Shown here: piece by piece, positions 59,686 to 64,000 of the stretch | How positions within the stretch are numbered: position 1 is the first letter of the stretch | Layout of the letters: each line of letters begins with the position of its first letter | Assembly: GCA_029953675.1 (NCBI GenBank) | Contig: JAMWBK010000006.1 | Span: 992,001 to 1,056,000, forward strand | Reading direction: 5' to 3' | DNA: 64,000 nt | Source: Rhodosorus marinus CCMP1338 | Taxonomy: Eukaryota; Plantae; Rhodophyta | Made by a program: the position numbers and the translations under genes | Notes under the pieces: generated by a model | The model's input: only the letters and a program-made list of their open reading frames with translations | Databases searched by the model: none | Told to the model about the DNA's origin: nothing

Positions 59686-61280
59686 GAAGGATTTTTGATA
59701 GAGAACATCCGATATCCTACAAGTATCTAGTAGGGACCCTTTCAGTGGGTTGTACATATCAATAAATCGGAAACATCCTACTTGCTACAGAAACTTAAGA
59801 CTCGGAAATTCAGAGCAGAATGAAACAAGAGCTCGGTTTCCCGTCCTTTGGTCATACACTTAACCCAATCGTAGCGCTGTATTCAACAGGAGTCAGTAGA
59901 GTCCTACACTACTAGAGAGCTCTCCACAGTATCGTGTGAATACCAGAAACTAGGAACTAGCATTTGTGGCAAGGCCTGTGCACTTGCACTTGAACTCATT
60001 GGAACGAGAATAATACTGCGCTACTGAGTGCTAGTAAAGTCCAGTAGAACGAAGAGTAGTCGACGCGCTTGGCGTGGTTTCTATTTTACACTGGTCGTTT
60101 TTTTTTTGTACCCCTGCTTAATTGGCCAACAGGTTATTGTTAAGCAGTCTAAACCTGATCCTTTTAAGCTGTTTGGTCTTCTTTTGGCCACGACTATACC
60201 TAGATTAGTGGGTCCTCCCACGTCCCTTCCGAATTTTAGCCCCATTAGATCTGAGCCTTATTCACTAGTCTCCCATTGAGATGCGGTCCGATGCAACCCA
60301 GAGGATCGCTCGGTGTAGCGTCAGGAGCGGCGTGCTGATCCGTTTGATTGTTGCTTACATACAGTTATTAGCAAAGGTGACAATGAGAGATGCAAGGGAT
60401 CGTATTTTTCGGTGAGTGTATCTTCCCTCAATGAAGAGTTGGCGGGAACAAAAAAGGGTTTTGATTTGTGGAGATTCGGATTTTATCGCTCTTGTTAAAA
60501 GCCGTTTTTTCATTATGGATTGGATTCGGCAGGGTCCATAAGATAAGACTGCGGCGAGGGGCTAAAACGCGTAGGGGAAGTGGAGAGTGAGAATCTGTCT
60601 CGTGATGACTCCTCGCCCAGCGCAGAGTGGGGTAGTTTTGATGTCTGTCGCAACGTGATTGGTGTCCCTGATAAACAATCAATCAATCAGTTTTATTCCT
60701 AAACAAAAAATCGGATAAAACGAAAAGTCACAGAAGTCGGGCTGTGCTCCTCAGGCCCGGTTCGGGGCTAGCTAACTTTTGAACATTTTCCAAGGGCCAA
60801 TGATGGTTTCAAAAATTTTTACTGGGCACGAGTCCCTGGATTCCGGTGCTTGTAGGCAACCAGAACTTTCGACAGATCTGAAAAAGTTCAAGAAATCCGG
60901 CGAGGGCTAAAAGCCGTGGGAACCTGTATGGGACAGACGTCTGCCGTTTAGTAACGGAAGTCTTTGGGTCCCCTCCTCGCAGGGAAAGGGGACGAAAATC
61001 AGTACATTCTGTGCTCCTTGTGGATGCAACAAATGGGGCGAACTATCGCAGAGTGCGACGGTGGCAATCTCGATTCCGTTTACCTTGCGGATGCCGTACT
61101 TGGCCGACCACTTTATCATCCCTATTGTCATCCCTATACAGACTATATATAGCTGATCCTCCTGCTCCTTCTACATTCGGGTACTCGAAACTCATCAAGC
61201 ACCAGAGACAGTAGCATTGACGGAGACCCAGAGAAGATCAGAAAAGAGACTGTTAGAGAAGACTACATTCAAGGAAGACC

Positions 61281-62081
61281 ATGAAGACTGCTGTGTATAT
61301 CGCACTTGTGGCGGCATTGGTTGCCGTTCTCGGTGTAGCAGAGGCGGCGCCGTTCGTCTGCAAGGACCCACACTTCCAGAAGCCCAACTTCAGGACCATC
61401 ACTCACGGCCAGAGCCACAACGCACACGGTTTGAAAACCGCCTTCGACTACTTCAAGGATATTCTTGGAGGCAAAGACAACGGAAGCAACCCGGGACCAC
61501 TCAGGAAAGGACACCGATCTATTAACTGGGATGCCCCAGTCGTTCCCTTTGAGTTCCCGAGGAAGTTCTTCGAAGAGACTGTCACCCGTGGACTCGCTGT
61601 CGCAAGCAAGAACAACAAGTTCCGTGTGAGCAACCCTGAACCCAACCACATCGGTGACGACAAGTTCTCCACCATCAACCACCGTGAGTCCAAGAAGTTC
61701 CAGACCTTCAGCCCCAAGAGACTGTTCACACCGATCAAGGACAACGAGTTCTGGATCCGGTTCACGGTCCCTGGAAAGAAGACCAAGGCTGTGGTGAGAG
61801 GATTCGGAGCGGTGTTCGTGGGCGTTGACTTGGAGAGAGTGACCAAGATGACTGCCTACGACATCAACGACTGTGTGATCGCGTCCGAGTACGTTGAGGC
61901 GAAGAGGAACGGACTGTCGTTCCTTGGATTCTACTTCGAGAAGCCGATCATTGCCCGTGTTGCGATTGAGCTTGGCAACTTCGAGATCGATGCGAGGAAC
62001 TACTGTGGATACAGGTGCGATGAGGACATTGTCGTTTTGGATGACTTCTTGTACGCGGAGCCACAGAGCATCTTCGGTTAA
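61281..62081 (+). CDS. Secreted protein of an uncharacterised bacterial-like family, tandem copy 3; 266 aa
   Basis: Differs from copy 2 at two residues (FFEQTV/FFEETV and IATEY/IASEY). Confidence 0.9.
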   Translation: MKTAVYIALVAALVAVLGVAEAAPFVCKDPHFQKPNFRTITHGQSHNAHGLKTAFDYFKDILGGKDNGSNPGPLRKGHRSINWDAPVVPFEFPRKFFEETVTRGLAVASKNNKFRVSNPEPNHIGDDKFSTINHRESKKFQTFSPKRLFTPIKDNEFWIRFTVPGKKTKAVVRGFGAVFVGVDLERVTKMTAYDINDCVIASEYVEAKRNGLSFLGFYFEKPIIARVAIELGNFEIDARNYCGYRCDEDIVVLDDFLYAEPQSIFG

Positions 62082-63654
62082 GAAGGATTTTTGATAGAGA
62101 ACATCCGATATCCTACAAGTATCTAGTAGGGACCCTTTCAGTGGGTTGTACATATCAATAAATCGGAAACATCCTACTTGCTACAGAAACTTAAGACTCG
62201 GAAATTCAGAGCAGAATGAAACAAGAGCTCGGTTTCTCGTCCTTTGGTCATACACTTAACCCAATCGTAGCGCTGTGTTCAATAGGAGTCAGTAGAGTCC
62301 TACACTACTGTAGAGCTCTCCACAGTATCGAGTAAATACCAGAAACTAGGAACTAGCATTTGTGGCAAGGCCTGTGCACTTGCACTTGAACTCATTGGAA
62401 CGAGAATAATACTGCGCTGCAGAGTAGAACGAAGAGTAAACGATGCCTTTGGCGTCGTTTTCTATTTCGACAGGCAGGCTCGAGAATAATACTGCGCTTG
62501 CAGAGATAAACGAAGTGAAGCCGACGGCGTTGATGAAGTTTTCTACCTCGATAACGAGGCTCTAGACACGTATTTTCTTCTCCTATTGATCTTACTTCCT
62601 GTTTTGGGTGGCGGTGGATCGGGTCTGTCGGTGGAGAAACGAAGTTGAGATTTCGTCGGCCGTTTGGAAATGGAAAGGGGAGAAGAGGGGCAGGGGCGTT
62701 CCGGTAGATAGACGAGTATGGGATTGAATTTCGCCCAACGGAGTGTTGAGATAATTTGCTGCGCGTTCAAGCGGATCACCTCACCTGTCATGCTAAACGG
62801 GGGATTTCCTTACATGCAAAAATTTCGCGAATCTACGGACTGTGTTCTTGGGGACGAGCTCCTTCGACCGAGAAACGTCGAAAACCTGCCAAGGGCCAAC
62901 GCTAATTCGAATAATGTTGACTCGAGCTAAACGAAGCTTTCAGTAAGATTTGCGCAGCATGAGCCCCATAAATTCTGATTCCCATATGCAACCTAAAACA
63001 TGAGCAGATCCGCTGAACAGGTTGGGGAATTGGCGAGGGCTAAAAGGAGTCGGAATCCATATGTGACGGATTCCCGTCGGATGCATTTCGCGAATACGAA
63101 CGGTTCCAATTTAATAATCGGCTTGTTCACATGCACACCTCGCTTATGGAAAGGGTAAATACTATTTCAGAACTACTCTCCAATTAATATTTTAAACAAT
63201 TCAAGACAAGGTTGACGAAAGGAGCTTTAGTTTTTGAGCCAATACACTGATTTTTCCGTTTGTATTTTATTCGCAACTGGATTGGCTAGCAGTTTTTTTG
63301 TTTTTCTTAAAACGTAGTCGGAATTCGCTCTTTTCGAAGCTAAATTTTTTCTTGTCGACCAATTGTTATACCGAGAAAGAGTAGGCCCCTTTCAAAACCA
63401 ATCCAAATTTTAGCCCCAATATTTTTATTAAACAAATTCATTCAATATATATTGCGCGCTTATGTACTGCTGTCGATGTTGGAGCGCGCGATCTTCACTC
63501 GCGTGGTCTTTTTTTCGCTTCGGGGGTTTTTTCTTCAGTTTCCGATTAAACAGATTCATTCAATATTTTTGCGATCAACTATTAAACACACACAAGGCTT
63601 GCGTAATTATTCCCTCTAACCTGTGTTTCAATGTTTTTTGAAGAATTACGAGCC

Positions 63655-64000
63655 CGGCTAAGCGTCAGGATCAGCGGGGGGATCTGTCTTTGATTACAGA
63701 TTACATATGCTGATTAGCAAAGGTGACACGGAAAGGTTGAATGCATCATTTTTTTTTGTTAGCGTATTTTATTTTCTATTTACGTGCGGGAGGTTAGGAT
63801 TTCACCCCTTTTGCTACGCGTTTTTTTCATTGAGGATTGGATTTTTTTTGTAGTCCGTTCTAACACAGAGGCGAGGGGATAAAACGGGTAAAGGCCGGGA
63901 AACACAGTGTAATTCTGTCCTGGGATGACACCTCGCCCACGAAGTATGCATTGATGTCCGCTGACAAGGCGAATGTTGCCCCTGGTAAACGGTCAATCAG
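63655..64000 (+). repeat. Diverged copy of the upstream module of the tandem secreted-protein genes (probable 4th unit continuing beyond the window)
   Basis: agcgtcagga..., gattagcaaaggtgac, gcgaggg..taaaacg and ccctg(g/a)taaac..tcaatcag match 60315-60690 and 57940-58316. Confidence 0.7.

Larger units (their letters stand above)
58434..62417. repeat. Recent tandem segmental duplication: 58434-60022 is nearly identical to 60830-62417 (period 2396 bp)
   Basis: About 450 bp of upstream sequence, the CDS and about 335 bp of downstream sequence align with only scattered substitutions. Confidence 0.95.

Noticed and set aside
56237-62153. Long antisense ORFs (328, 294 and 294 aa) spanning each tandem secreted-protein gene
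   Set aside because: Explained as shadows of strong C/G-ending codon bias in the sense genes. The translations have no recognisable domain and are conserved only because the sense genes are duplicated.
1-64000. tRNA, rRNA, spliceosomal snRNA genes and intact transposons (RT, integrase, transposase)
   Set aside because: No diagnostic motifs seen by eye; a covariance-model or Dfam search could still reveal diverged copies.

Overview
Eukaryotic nuclear DNA, gene-dense, with short (about 50-200 nt) GT-AG introns and N-terminal plastid transit peptides beginning MAF/MFAF. This is most consistent with a red alga (inference). About 23 protein-coding genes were reconstructed by hand across introns. 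They include a CCX-type cation/Ca2+ exchanger (partial), a plastid SAM-domain membrane protein, OHP2, an AGC kinase, two tandem sulfotransferase-fold proteins, MIPS/INO1, ORMDL, RanBP9/10, MOCS2A (with a 21-nt microexon), a mitochondrial carrier, a B-box protein, a plastid methyltransferase, CK2-alpha, a LeuB paralog, a plastid FN3-like protein, a CaMKK-like kinase, SKA1, and three tandem intronless secreted proteins with a fourth promoter copy running off the window end. No tRNA, rRNA, CRISPR or intact transposon was found. Most notable: (1) the tandem array of secreted proteins resembling a bacterial domain; (2) two secreted sulfotransferase-fold paralogs with altered PAPS-binding motifs, one carrying 4 x 18-aa acidic di-tyrosine repeats; (3) a LeuB/IPMDH paralog that has lost catalytic residues and ends in CDPVEC; (4) a decayed cox1 fragment whose two Trp codons appear to derive from TGA; (5) a plastid protein with a bacterial-type FN3-like module. 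All family assignments come from recalled motif knowledge, not database searches.
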